From: Eledone cirrhosa
Taxonomy: Eukaryota
NCBI GenBank assembly: GCA_964016885.1
Contig: OZ024741.1
Coordinates: forward strand, 79,174,001-79,238,000
Reading direction: 5' to 3'
Length of the DNA: 64,000 nt
Part shown: positions 26,076 to 39,817 of the stretch, piece after piece
Layout: every line of letters starts with the position of its first letter
Numbering within the stretch: position 1 is the first letter of the stretch
Translations under genes and position numbers: made by a program
The notes under the pieces: generated by a model
The model's database searches: none
What the model saw: only the letters and a program-made list of their open reading frames with translations
Told to the model about the DNA's origin: nothing

Positions 26076-27707
26076 TAGAAAGACTGAAATAGATAAAATT
26101 TTATAAAAAGTAGTGTATCTATCTAAACATCCATAATATTAAAGATATTAATTATATTTACTAATCCTATGTATTGAATGTGATAGACAGGGGATGCAGT
26201 TAAAAGAAGTAGTGAGGTTAAATATAACTTTAGGTAAAGTGAGCTGCAAGAGGGAAATAAATTATGAAATTCCTTGTAGTAAATATCTAATTATAGGTAA
26301 ACTAAATTAAAAAAAAATTTTTTAATTAATTATAATAATTTGTAAAATATAAGAATGAGGTATATATTAATTAAGTTTATAGTATTTGAAGGTTTTTCTA
26401 ATTCTATGATTGCATGATATAATTAACTCCTGTCGCTTATTTATTAGGATATCATTAGATTTCATGATTTCAAATAGTTCTTGGGAGCATAACCTACACT
26501 CATATCTGCTATTTTGATAAGGGGTGGCCCTTTTGAGCACGCTCCAGGTCAGGTTATAATCAATATCCTTCTTTCTATAATTATTAATTGCTTCAGCCTA
26601 CGAGGTTGTATTAGCTAATGCGGCATTTTTAAAACTAAGTTTTACTTTAAATTGGTTAGACGTAGCATAGGATTGAGTGGAGTCCTTAGTACTAATTACA
26701 CATTTATACAATTTCTCTTTAATAGGCAATTTCTTTTGATTCTACAGTTACAGCCATTCGTAAATATTGTGTCAGGAGAGTTAATTGTGTTATCTATAGT
26801 GGTATTAGTGTTACTATTTTCATCAATGTATGGTTTAGAATTGGTTGTAATTAGATTAGTATGGTTAGACAGGTTGTTGGTGGGTGATAGTTTAGGGGAC
26901 GTGGAGCTAGTAGAATTCTGTTTGCTTTGGTTTACTTTAGTATTATTATGGTTGGTTTGATGTTTGGTGGTATATTCATAGGGTTTTTTTTTACACTTAT
27001 ATGTGTTGTACGCACTTATATTCTGTTGTATATTCTTGGTAGTGGAGTAGGAAAATTTGACAGTAGATATATTTAAAATTTGATGGTATTTATGGTTTGG
27101 TGCGAAGTTTTTCTCCATAAGAATTAATATAATTTTAACTCTGTAAGTATACCTATCAATTAATTTAATTTCCTTTTATGTATCTAGGTTCCTTGAAATT
27201 TAAACAGGAGTAATATTTCTGACGAACACTCTCATCCCACAAACAATTCTTTTCCCTATGCTTTTAACAATATTCTTTAATAACATCAATTTTTTGGGGG
27301 GGAATCCTTCACTATCTCATTGACTTGATCTCATTTTAACCCCTACCTCACTGTATTCTTTTCATTCAAAGCATAAATTTACATTCCTCCACTCCTAGCA
27401 TAAAGTTTCTACTACTGTTATTCTATCAACTTGACCTCTAACTCTTTTCTATTGGTCAATTCAAAACTTGTTCCCAAACAGACTTTTTGTATTAATACTT
27501 TCTTTCAATAAACATACTTCATCATTTCAGAAGATGGCATATATAAGTGAAGGTATGTATATCTCCTCTGATAATTTGTAATATTTTTTTACATAGATCT
27601 TTAATATGATATACATACCAACACAATATATATCCCAGAAACGATCGTAAAATTATAATTTGTTCAATATAAGGAACCTGTTCTTTGTTTTTATTTCATT
27701 GTTTTTA

Positions 27708-27712
<5 letters not shown>
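25301..27712 (-). mobile_element. 5'-truncated PLE (linker + GIY-YIG remnant) with inverted 3' copy (arms ~25438-26022 / ~27113-27712)
   Basis: Minus-strand peptide KNFAPNHKYHQILNISTVKFSYS..GCNCRIKRNCLL..WSVLKRATPY..CRLC in the spacer. Reverse-complement arms each carry an HHR with a long stem II. Confidence 0.85.
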
Positions 27713-27769
<57 letters not shown>

Positions 27770-27925
27770 CTTCGAGGGATCAATATGGAAGCGTCTTGTT
27801 GAGTCAAACTAAGCCACCCGTTAAAACCATCCTCAGCACGGAGTACTCTAACTGGACTACTTCTAAGTGGATTACCTATAACGATAACTTGTTATGCCAT
27901 ATATATATATATTTATATATATATA

Positions 27926-28808
27926 TATCACATAGGAAACGGAAAATTAGTGGCGCGATGAATTAGAATTTATTAGACATATTACAATCGTTTCTCTGGC
28001 GACCTTGCTCGAGGCACGATCGATGCGATCATCGAACCTGACTCTGAAATCGCAAGTTTTTCTGATACGTCTCTATCCCCTGAAGCAAAGTTTCCAAATG
28101 TCCTATTTATGCCGCCTGTCTTCGCTCGCCATCATCTATCCTGTTCTTGTCGGTCGATGAGTGGTCAAGAATTGTACACGTCATCGGTATTTCTGACCAC
28201 TCATGGCCGTCCATTTTTCTCGTTCCATTCATATGTCACCTGTCAATCAAAGTTGGTCCTTTTAGCGGAATTACTACTGTAGGAGGTAAGGGGTTGTATG
28301 AGTGAAACGCCCACGCACTGCCGCAGCCGTCTCGGCCTGTAGACATCCACACACATATCCATGGTGCGCGCAAGCGCAATACATATCGGCTCGTATACAC
28401 ACACAACAATCATACACAAACGTGCAACTGTGTTTATATATGAAAATCAAAGTAAATATTAAATGTGCCGCGATGACGTGTACAATTCTTGACCACTCAT
28501 CGACCGACAAGAACAGGATAGATGCTGGCGAGCGAAGGCAGGCGACATAAACAGGACATTTGGAAACTCTGCTTTGAGGTTAGAGACGTATCTGAAGAAC
28601 TTGCGATTTCAGAGTCAGGTTCGATGATCGCATCGATCGTGCCTCGAGCTGGTCGCCAGAGAAACGATTGTAATAAGTCTAATAAATTCTAATTCGTCGC
28701 GCCACTGATTCTCCGTTTCTTATGTGATATTATACTCTGCTCTGTAAGAACATCGAGTGCTCAAACGGCCTACTGCATACGGACGCTTTAAGCATCCCAC
28801 ATCAAATA
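27926..28808. mobile_element. Fold-back non-autonomous element (arms ~27926-28186 / ~28471-28730, plus right tail) with HHR
   Basis: Reverse-complement arms. Right-arm HHR 28585-28679: gacgtat-CTGAAGA-acttgcgat...gtcgccaga-GAAA-cgattg-TA-ataagtc (atatgtc in the left arm). Confidence 0.8.
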
Positions 28809-28856
<48 letters not shown>

Positions 28857-28860
<4 letters not shown>

Positions 28861-29425
28861 ACTTGTACATCAACTGCTTCACGGGTGTATTCACCTGGTT
28901 GGTGCAGAAGTACATGGCCAAACCATCTCAGCCAATGTCTGCTAAGAACTTTCCTGATTGGTTTGATGCTGCAACATGAGCTGCCCTCTGCATTCGAAAG
29001 GAAGTGGTGCAAGCAGACAAAGAAGGATGTGGTGAAGACATAAATGATCAAATACTTCAAGGTTGTGTAGATCGGTTACTTTCACGGGCCATGACTCTCA
29101 GCCATAGAGGAGGATTGTGTGGACAAGGGCCTGGTAGATTCTGATCACCTATCTAGACCACAACCGAGATCTCAGTTGACAGAAGGCAAGACAGGCGCTG
29201 TCAACGCGGCCATCGATATCCTCTTTTCATTGGGCCATAGTAGTGACCATGGAGCTTAGGCATTTGAAGCAGTCGACCTCATCAGGGGTTTCCCCGTTGG
29301 TAGTGATCGAAAGCTTTTTGGAGGACGCAAGACCTGCGGACGAGATCTTGGTTTTCGCCACATTGATCTTCATGCGAATCTGGGAGGCAACAAGTGCATT
29401 TCATTGATGGCTGATTGAGCATTGG
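28857..29425 (-). mobile_element. Decayed RTE-type LINE RT C-terminal fragment
   Basis: Minus strand: MKINVAKTK, RVDSACLAFCQLRSRLW, RALVHTILLYG*ESW, LRWFGHV. Confidence 0.65.
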
Positions 29426-29652
29426 CAAAACTCATAGTATATGTGTATATATATATATGAATATATATATACGTGTGTATAATGGTAGCTATGGTGCTTC
29501 CTTAGTCGGTATGCCAAAATTAGCACTCAATATTCATACAGAGCAGAGTGTTATCCATACAGTGATCATGTCTCGAGCTACCTGCGGCGAAACAATTGTA
29601 ACACGCAATAAACTGAGTCCAGATGCATCACTGATTTTTCGTTTTTTTATTC

Positions 29653-29753
<101 letters not shown>

Positions 29754-29810
29754 ATAATAATAAATTTGAAGACTAAAATCCAAAGATGGCTCGATAAGGA
29801 TAAATATATA

Positions 29811-30064
<254 letters not shown>

Positions 30065-30067
30065 TAT

Positions 30068-30700
30068 ATCTTCTTCTTTGCCCACTTATTCCCGAGAGGG
30101 TCGTGGAGGTAGAGTCCTCAAGCACTCCTTCCAGCGGGTCGTGTCAGAAGCAACCATTTCCAATTAACCCGGCTGGATCCTCAAGCGAAACCTGCCGAGC
30201 TCAAGGATGATATCCAACAATCTTGCTCGAGGTCTACCCTAGGATCTTCTGCAGGCTGGTTCTGTCCGTAAAATCTGTCCACCGATTCTTTCCTGAGACA
30301 TTCTAACCATATGCCCATATTATCGGGGAAGTAGCGGCTCTACCTGGAGTGACTCTCTGATCTCCAATCTATGCACTCTATCGAGTAATGTTACGCCGGA
30401 GACCCTTCGGATGAACCCCATTTCGACCGCTTCTATTCACGATCGTATTCCTTCGGTCACTACCCATTATTCATGACCATAGGTAAGGGTTGGCACGAAT
30501 ATCGAATTGATGATTGCAAGTTTGGCTTTTTCTCTTGCTCCTGCAATTCTTGCTCGTAATTCAGCCCCTTGCTTTCCATCACTCATGAACACGGCCCGGA
30601 AATACTTGAACTTCTCTATCTGCTTCAGTGGAACTCTATTGACATATATAATGATCACCGTTTTCCCTTCTAGCAAGGGTTGGGCGTGTCGTCAAAGACT
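30068..30700 (-). mobile_element. RTE-type LINE 3' fragment
   Basis: LKQIEKFKY, IFVPTLTYGHE, EMGFIRRVSGVTLLDR, GHMVRM. Ends in (GAA)n on the minus strand. Confidence 0.75.
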
Positions 30701-31589
30701 GGTCAATATTCATGAGGAGACACTGACCACTGAGAACTCGATTGCTAATGAAATCCCAACACACAATTGAAACAATTCCCGGAGCACGTTGTAACCTTGA
30801 GCAAAATACATTATATCACCTTACTCTAGTCCATTCAGCTGGGGAAAATGAGTTGCACGTGTAATTCGAATGGCTAGCCTCGTCACACACATTGTCACAC
30901 TGAATCTCTCTATGAATTGTATTAAGAGGAAACGTGTCTGTGGAATGCTCAACCACTTGCACGTCAATTTTACAAGCAGGCTATTCCGTTGTTTGAACAA
31001 TTGGAACACTCTTCGTCGGAACTGACGAGGTTCCAACACACATATCAACTAGGATGCATATTATTTTTGTATAATAACTTCTGCACAGAATGCCAAGAGA
31101 TAGGATAAATTCGTATTTCTGTGTATCATAAAGAAGAATTTAAAAATAGTATAACATGGTTGACACAAACAATAAGTCAAGTCAGACATTCCTTAAAATA
31201 AATATACACATATACAGTTTTATGGATAAAGTACTTTGCGTTTGTGGGGCAATACATCATTATTCTTGCATTCGTCATTCATCAGCAAATATTACATTGC
31301 TGCCAGTTTTCGAATGTTAGTTAATATACACACAAACGGTAGTTACAGAAAGCCACTCGATGTATATATATGTAACTCACTCGCTTTCTTTCAAGCGTGA
31401 AACTAATACGACTTTATGTTAATGCATCCTCTTGATTGTTCGTTTTTGTTTCCTTGATACATATATATAATTATTTATCTCAAGACATTTTTTTCCAATT
31501 CCACCCGTCCTCCCTTCAATCTATTTAATTTTTCATTCTTTCTTCTGATGAAAGACTAGCATCCGAAACGTTAAGATCCTCTTCCTGCT

Positions 31590-33345
31590 ATTTCTCACAT
31601 GGTCAGTTGTATAGGTTATTCTAGACTAGGAAGACCCCACAAACTCTTCATATATGCTCCAAAGAAAAAAGTCAATAACATTGTTTATACTGAAGTTCTG
31701 TATATGTTTTATAACTTTCATATAATACATTTTACTATTCAGACGAACATAATAACACAGCTTTGATCGAGAATGAAGATAAACTGGCGGAAATAGATGG
31801 ACCTGATTTGCATATATTAGGCCTTCCTCGCACCGATGGACTAATTTTTATGACCTAAGGAGTGAAATTGTGCGAAAAACTTCATACAACAGAGAATACT
31901 TCATCTCTTATGTTAAAGAAAACGTGCCAAAACTACTAGATGATCAAAAAGCAGTATATAACATTATACTTGTGTCAATTGTGTAACAGAATGGTAAAAA
32001 CATTCTTTTTATACCTATTGTCGTCTAAAATTCGACAAGACCAAAAAATAGCTTTAGCGGTTGCTTCATCTGGAAATCTGGAATTGCCACTACCATTTTA
32101 TCTGGAGGTTGGACAGCTTATTCTACTTTCAATTTAGACTAGAGCCTCAGTTTGAATGAAATGTCCATGTCATTTAAAGATAGACTCAGCAGCTGCCCAA
32201 GTATTGCAAAGATGTGAGGCAGTTTTTCTTATGGCTGCACATTGGCGAACAGACACTCATTGAAGACATTGGACAGAACACAATCATCAGAGGAATCACT
32301 TCCGTTTTATTTGGAGACTTCCGACAAACTTTACCTGTGATATCAAAGGGAACTCGTGCCCATCAAGATCAAGCTTGCTCAAAATCATCAACCTTACGGC
32401 CAAGTGTCACTAAACTCAATTTAAGAACCAACTTGCCGATACAACTTCACGGTGATAACGTTCTTGCAGAGTTTTCTCGAAAGCTTCTGAAGCTTGGTGA
32501 AGGCAAAATATCCCTTGATACTGAAGGAAGTTTTGATCCTTCATCATTTTGTAGTGTTGTGGAAAGTGTTGATAACTTAATTAATCAAGTGTTCCTCAAT
32601 TTCGAAATCCACCATCTCAACGAAGAGTAGCTGTGTGAAAGAGCAATCCTTTCCTAAAAAAACATCACAGTGAATGCCATCAAGAAACATTTCTGGAGGT
32701 TCCCAGAAATAAAAATCTATCGACCAAGGTGTTGACGCGGACGGTGCTGTTAATTATCCCATTGAATTTCACAACAGTCTGGAGCAGTTCGGTTTGCCAC
32801 AACACAACCTTGAATTGAAGAAGGGTGCAGTCATCAAGCTTCTCAGAAAACTTGATCAGCCAAGATTATGTAATGGGGTTGATCTACAACTTCACATTAT
32901 CGAAGCCAAAATCCTCACTAGATGTTGTAAGGGAGACAGCGTATTTATACCTAGAATACCGCTAATGCCAACAGATGTACCTTTTCGTTTCAAACGATTG
33001 CAATTCACAGTGAGAGTCAGTTTTGCAATGTCAAACACTGCAGGCTGTCGGACTCCATCTAGAAGAGGGTTGTTTCTCACATGGTCAATTGTATGTAGGT
33101 TATTCCAGACTTGGAAGTTAAAAACATTGTATATACTGAAGTTCTGTAAATGTTTTATAATTTTCGTAGAATACATTTTTCTATTATTTTCTTTATTAAT
33201 TTCTATATTTAAATATTCTAAATACATTTAATTTTTCTTTAATTCTTTAATTAAGGAAAATAGGAACTACGATAGATGCCAATAGGTGCCCCATGAATAG
33301 ATTTGAGTACAGTACAGACTGGGGCGAAGACTGGGTGACCGCTAG
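31590..33345 (+). mobile_element. Helitron 3' part: decayed Pif1-family helicase and CTAG terminus
   Basis: ALAVASSG, LFGDFRQTLPVISKG, PQHNLELKKG..LDQPRLCNG, VFIPRIPLMPTDVPFRFKRLQF, FSHGQLYV. GC-rich subterminal sequence then CTAG|T at 33342-33345. Confidence 0.9.
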
Positions 33346-33677
33346 TGTATATATATATATTTTTTTTCTTTTGGTCATTTTGGAAGCCTCAACAATGCAG
33401 ATGGGTAATTCTCCGGGTAACAAGATCCGGTGGTGAAGAGAGAGATGTAAGTTAATGTAGAATGAGATGTATAGTGTGTAGAAGAACGTAGGAAAGAATG
33501 TAAAATATAAAAATATTAACACGAGATAGAGTTACCTTGGGAGAGATTTAATTGTCCCTATATTTCGGATTCACATCTAAAAAGTGGGGTTTTTTTCCGG
33601 GGGGGGGGGGGGGGTATCTGTCGGAGAGGAGCGATATGTATCCTCTGCTGTTCGTTGTTTTGAATATTCAATACTCT

Positions 33678-33756
<79 letters not shown>

Positions 33757-34262
33757 GTGTATGTGTGTGCATATTTTTTCGTAACGAGACGAAACGAAGC
33801 GTTTCGTTACGTTATTGAATATAAACGTATTATATATGCTTAAAAGCTGTCATAGTGCTACTGCCAATTAGATATAACCAGCCAAGCTCGCACTATATGC
33901 AAATGCCTATTTCCAGCCAATGTTTTCTATATGCAAATGGGCATTTATTGCAAGTTATCATCACACAAAATTCTATATAGACAATAGTCTATTTCATGCC
34001 AGTACGTCTTGAGTGAGTATCACTATGAACTATTAACAAATCTTGAAACAGCGCTGCCTCACCTTCCCAAACATACTGGCAACTCAATGACATATTCATA
34101 GAGAAAAATAATTTTTTTTATTTCCGTTTCGTTATAGCAAAATATTTTTCTACGGCAACGAGGCTACCCATATGTCTATTGTATATAAATATATTATGTT
34201 TTCATATATATATATGTTGTAAATTAACATTTTTGAATAATCAACAAACCAAATAACTCATT

Positions 34263-34308
<46 letters not shown>

Positions 34309-34444
34309 AATGAGTTATTTGGTTTGTTGATTATTCAAAAATGTTAATTTACAACAGATTAGAAGCACTCAACGGTATTTTTTCCAGAGTATCATTAATA
34401 TCAATAATATTAATAAATGGAAAATATCTTTATAAAATCATATT

Positions 34445-34505
34445 TATTTTAGTATACGTATTTCAAGGGTACTAATATTTTAGTACGCTTTCGTCAGATA
34501 AAATA
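34445..34505 (-). ncRNA. Minimal type I hammerhead ribozyme
   Basis: Minus strand: attttat-CTGACGA-aagcgtactaa aata ttagtaccctt-GAAA-tacgta-TA-ctaaaat; palindromic loop III. Confidence 0.8.
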
Positions 34506-34957
34506 CAATAATTGGTGTAAAGATAGTGACATATCTTCATGTGAACTTTATGTTATAAGTTCATTTAAGATAGTGAATATAATCTTTCAAAACTCAAGGG
34601 AAATATGTTAAAACTGAAAAGGATTTAACTATTTAAATAGATTTAAATATTTATCTAAATTATTTTTTTAAAAAGAGTTTGCTATTAAATTTGAAAAAAA
34701 AAATTTGTAAAGTAATTTAGGATTATTTATAGAAATATGTATATATATACACCCAAACATATTTACATGGGATAGAAAGAATGAAATAATTATATTTATT
34801 TATTTAATTTTATGAATAGGAATTTTAAGAATATTTTAAGAATATGGAAGTATTTATAATATTTCAAACTGAGCCGGCTTGTACAGCTCCATATGCAAAT
34901 GAGGATAATCAGCCTATCGACATATTTTCACTTGTTTCAAATTCTAGCAGACTGCAG

Positions 34958-35047
34958 GAGAAGCACTGCTCTGATGACGGCCATAGCCAGAAATGCTCCG
35001 CTTATTCTGGTGTAATGCGCTTGACGGCGCTAGCTGTCAGCTTCTCA
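34958..35047 (+). ncRNA. Probable type I hammerhead with extended stem III
   Basis: gagaagcactgct-CTGATGA-c ggc cata gcc a-GAAA-...gctGTC-agcttctc. Confidence 0.55.
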
Positions 35048-35107
35048 ATATTCATAGCTAGAAGGCTTTCCATATTAGATATTCTAAATTAGATATTCTA
35101 AATTCAC

Positions 35108-35138
<31 letters not shown>

Positions 35139-35199
35139 TGAAAATTTGAACAGGAACAAAACAGAGAGGCAGTACAACGAATGTTTATTAATTTCACGC

Positions 35200-35252
<53 letters not shown>

Positions 35253-35984
35253 ATGTATAACTGACACCCATTTTAGAAAAAGATGGATGACTACACGTAT
35301 ATTTTTTTTCACTCCTTTTCCACCCGTTTTCTTTTCTACTCTCTATGTCTACTTTTCCGATGAAGGGCTAATGTCAAAGGTTTTATATATATATATATAT
35401 ATATATCTCACATTGTGTACATTCTTTAGTGTCTGTTAGGAAAAATAGAAATTATTAAAAGTGGTAAGAGATCGGAAATTTCTTGGAATGGATATTATCA
35501 ATGGAATCCTTCGCTTCCTCCTCAGTATATGACTAGAATTAATTTTATCGACTAATTGATTATTACTGTCAGATATTGAACTCAGTGTGTGGAAAAAGTC
35601 GAAACTAAACTCGTTCGACTCTCAACCCACTGACATTCCACTTTCGCTAATTTTATTTCTTAGATAGGCAGAATGACTGCACTTCTAATATTGGTTGATT
35701 TTTAGCCCCAGGTCAACTCTGTTCAAACAGGTCTATGTTTAAAAGCATTCTAAGTGCGACCATATCGTCGTTACAGACATGATTATGACCAAAGTACATT
35801 ACCCAACATGTTCTTTTTTTGTTATAAAAGCGTTAGAATGTGAAAAAGAGAAAGAAAGCAGGCGAGAGAGTGGGAGAGAGGGAATAATATTTTTGCTACT
35901 ATTTCCAGCAGGTAAAGCTGCCATGTAGACGTTCTCTCGTTACATCTTACTATAAATATTCATTTGGGATATAGGCGCTAGCTA

Positions 35985-36172
35985 ACACAATTTGTTGGAA
36001 GGATAAAGTCGGTTAAAATGACCCCAGTTTTTGGCTGGTAGTTATTTCTAAAACCCAGAGGGATACAATACAAATTCAACCTAGGTAATATATGAACACG
36101 GGAGGTTCAAGTACGTTATTAATATAGCACAGAGAATGTTAATAGTTACAACCGATTCTGCCATCTACCACG
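35985..36172 (-). mobile_element. Decayed SINE, same family as 43999
   Basis: ..gaccccagt..ctggta.ttatt..cccagagggat..cgattctgccatctacc is the reverse complement of the 43999 SINE layout. Confidence 0.5.
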
Positions 36173-38519
36173 CTAGCTGGACTTCTATCACCAGATATTG
36201 CTGTATCATGAATAAAATTTAATAAGAATCAAGAATAAAATTTAAAAAAAGGTTTAAAGAAGTTAAAAACTCAAGATTTAACCTCAATAACTGGTTAGAA
36301 ATTGGTTTTCTCAACACTAGAAACATGGTTACAACGACCTTTATCTGGTAAAATTTATGCATACGAAAGTGATATACTGATATACAATTAAGTAAATGTG
36401 CTTTTCAATATACAGTTATTTTCTTCTTAAAACTTTGTCATCAAATAGATTTTCATTTTATCTATAATTTAATTACATATTAACAACATATCTTAAAGAT
36501 ATGTTATAAAATATCGTGTCTTTTTCATACTTTCAAAACAGATTATGCTTTGTAAAATCACAAATAGAAGTTATTTATTTATTCTTCCAGAATATATTAT
36601 ATTATTTATTAATGCGTATAATTTCAGGTAGATATTTAATGCGTAAAATTTACAATTAAAAAAAAACTAAATTGTTCAAAGAAAACCTTGACAGAAAGGA
36701 GTTTGCCATTTCCTATTTACGAAAAGTATTTTGCAGTTAGTTTCAGATGGTAATCTAATGACTTATTGTGCATATCTAATTTCTGACCGAGTACAAAATG
36801 AAACAAAAAAAATTATATTGCAGGACACCATTATTGAATCACAAAATGTGAAAATCTAAATACGATATTTGAAACTCAAAACTTGTATGATTATATTGCA
36901 GTATGAAATTTCCTTTATGAAATTTATCAACATTTTCCTTTTTTGTAAATTTATCACTGTAACCCAAATATTCATTAAGATCAAAAACTAACTAGAAGTA
37001 GTACAGCGTGGAAATTTATCAAATTTGGAACCAAATACTGAAAATCATGGAACACATTAATAACCAATGTGTGTTATCTTAATTATTCTGATTTTAATCA
37101 TATTAAAAACATTTCTTTTTCTATTTGAATAATTCTTATTTTAATTATATTAATAAACATTATCTGCTGTCACTGATGCTTTAAAAATATAATATAATAA
37201 TAAAGCTGTTCATATATTAAGTTTAATTAGAGCCATTAACTTAACGTCATACATGTCACAATAATATTCACTCCGATGCAAATAACACCCATCTGCACTT
37301 CACCCTAACCTCCTGTATTTTGACCTCTTCCACATGTAACATCACTTCAACATATACACCATAAACAAGTCTTCATACCACTCTAGTCCCCGTCCCCTTC
37401 ACTTCAACTTAGATACTTCGCGACAAATTTGCAATGTTCCAAAAACAGAGATTTCAAAAGTATCACTTAAGACGACATCAGTGAGTCTCTCTCTCATCAG
37501 TACAAAGGCATATTCACTGCAAATATCAAGGAAACAATTTAGTACCCTGTCCTTTCCCCTTTCATATTGACCTGTGGAAGCAGCATGGCTGAGTGTTTAA
37601 GAAATGCATGAGATTATCTTTTACTATAGCCGAAGGGCAACCCAAATCTAAGAGTGATATTGGTTAGCCAGAAACAATGTAGAACCCTTCGAATAGATTG
37701 TATCTGAAAGTCAACGATTTAGTCTTGTCCTTGAATCAGCCTGAGAATTATGTTAAGAATACGCGTGACTATTGTATACTCTGTGGTATCTAGCACTTCA
37801 TAATCCAATATATCCTTTTCTTTATTTAAGTTGGTACCGTGTGATTTTAAGGATATTTAGCTGCTATTTTTAGCTGGTCGTGCAAATACTTAAAGACTTT
37901 GCATTGCTTTGTGAAAATTCCGTAAAAATCTGTTGCTTGTTTCGAATCAATGTATTTATCTCTTGTAGGGTTTATTTTCAATTGTGTCCGAAAGTATTTG
38001 TTCAAGTCTTATTGAACACTCACCGTATTCATTCACGTAATGGTGTAGTCGTACGCGGTCTTTTACATCTGGAAGCCTTATTCAGCTATATAGTTATACT
38101 CCCAAATCGAACTGGTAGCTCTGTTAAATAGAAACAGATCACACACTTATCAGATGAGACAGGAAGTAGGTAAAACAGGGAATCCAGAACATCCTGAATG
38201 CTATTTTTCATTAAAGTGCATTTGAAGTCTGCTATAGGCTTGTTTGCAAACTCATGAATAATAGGCATAGATTGGTTTTCAAACTCATAGTGTTTGGACA
38301 TGGATCAGTTTTAAAACATATGGTATTTGGGCATTTGTTTTATTTTTCTTTCTCATAAACCAACAAGGCTATGACTGGGTGTATATAAAACAACAAGGTT
38401 TTAAAATATCTCCTTATAGAAATCATCTTAAACATTTCCTCACACACACGCACACACACGCACACACACACACACACACACACGCACGCACACACGCACA
38501 CACACGCACACACGCACAC

Positions 38520-38567
<48 letters not shown>

Positions 38568-38598
38568 GCACACACACATACACACACGCACACGCGCG

Positions 38599-38661
<63 letters not shown>

Positions 38662-38662
<1 letters not shown>

Positions 38663-39197
38663 TATAATTAATAAGGCCAATTACTACAACGGTGACATAC
38701 CAGGTACGTACGTTTCTTTAGCCCTGAGGACCAACTTGTTCAACCTGTGCCGATGAAAATGAACCAGAAAATAAATGTTTACACAAAAAGGAAAATACAG
38801 AATAATAAGGAAAGACAATTTAATTGAAAAATCACAAAGAAACTCTTAATTAGCTAATGATTATGAGGGTCCTGGAACAGAATCGATAGGTTAAGAAAGA
38901 TATAAATCAATATTAAGGCGTCAGCTCTTTAAAAGGCACTTAGAAACGTGAGAACATCGCGAGAAGAACTCTGTACGTGTGTTAAGTAGTTTGTTATTGT
39001 TGTAGAGATTATTCAATATCTACCATTTCTCATCATTAAATAATCTTTTTGAGTAAGCATTTTCCGGTTCATTTTGAACAAGTTGCTCCCCAGGGCTAAC
39101 GAAACGTACGTACCTGGAATGACGCCGTTGTAGTAATTGGCCTTAATAATTATATGTTATTCAATACCTTGAATATTTTACCTACTTATTATTACTA
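38662..39197. mobile_element. Older fold-back element (arms ~38662-38771 / ~39059-39153, plus right tail) with degenerate HHR
   Basis: Reverse-complement arms. Minus strand of left arm: cagg-ttgaaca-agttggtcc tca gggctaaa-GAAA-cgtacg-TA-cctg. Confidence 0.7.
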
Positions 39198-39221
39198 TAA
39201 ATATATATACATATATACACA

Positions 39222-39295
<74 letters not shown>

Positions 39296-39309
39296 TCGCT
39301 CGCTCTCTC

Positions 39310-39348
<39 letters not shown>

Positions 39349-39754
39349 TGGCTGCCAACTCGTTTTCGAGTACGGCCACTACTTTATATCCATGTAGGAG
39401 AACCCCTACCGATGCGCTGAACGAATGTGACTTTTTAGTCCAGCCAGCGACTTGAAAACTCTGGTACAAAGACTACACTTGTGACCATTATTGACACATA
39501 GTGCAGGGCCCATGGTACCATGTGATGACAAGTGCAGAGAGATCTCCAGATATAAAGCAATGCCTGTGCTGTGAAGCTTTTATAGTGAGCAAAGGCACTG
39601 CACAAAGCCAGTCCCACTCTCTTAACCAAGATGATATTTACCAAAAATAAGAACAAGTCAACATCATTGGATACCATCAGGGTTGCAGGTGTTATATCAG
39701 AGTCTTCCTCCTCCTAGAATTCTGCCTTGACAAAGGCTAAGGGGTCATCTCTCC

Positions 39755-39817
<63 letters not shown>

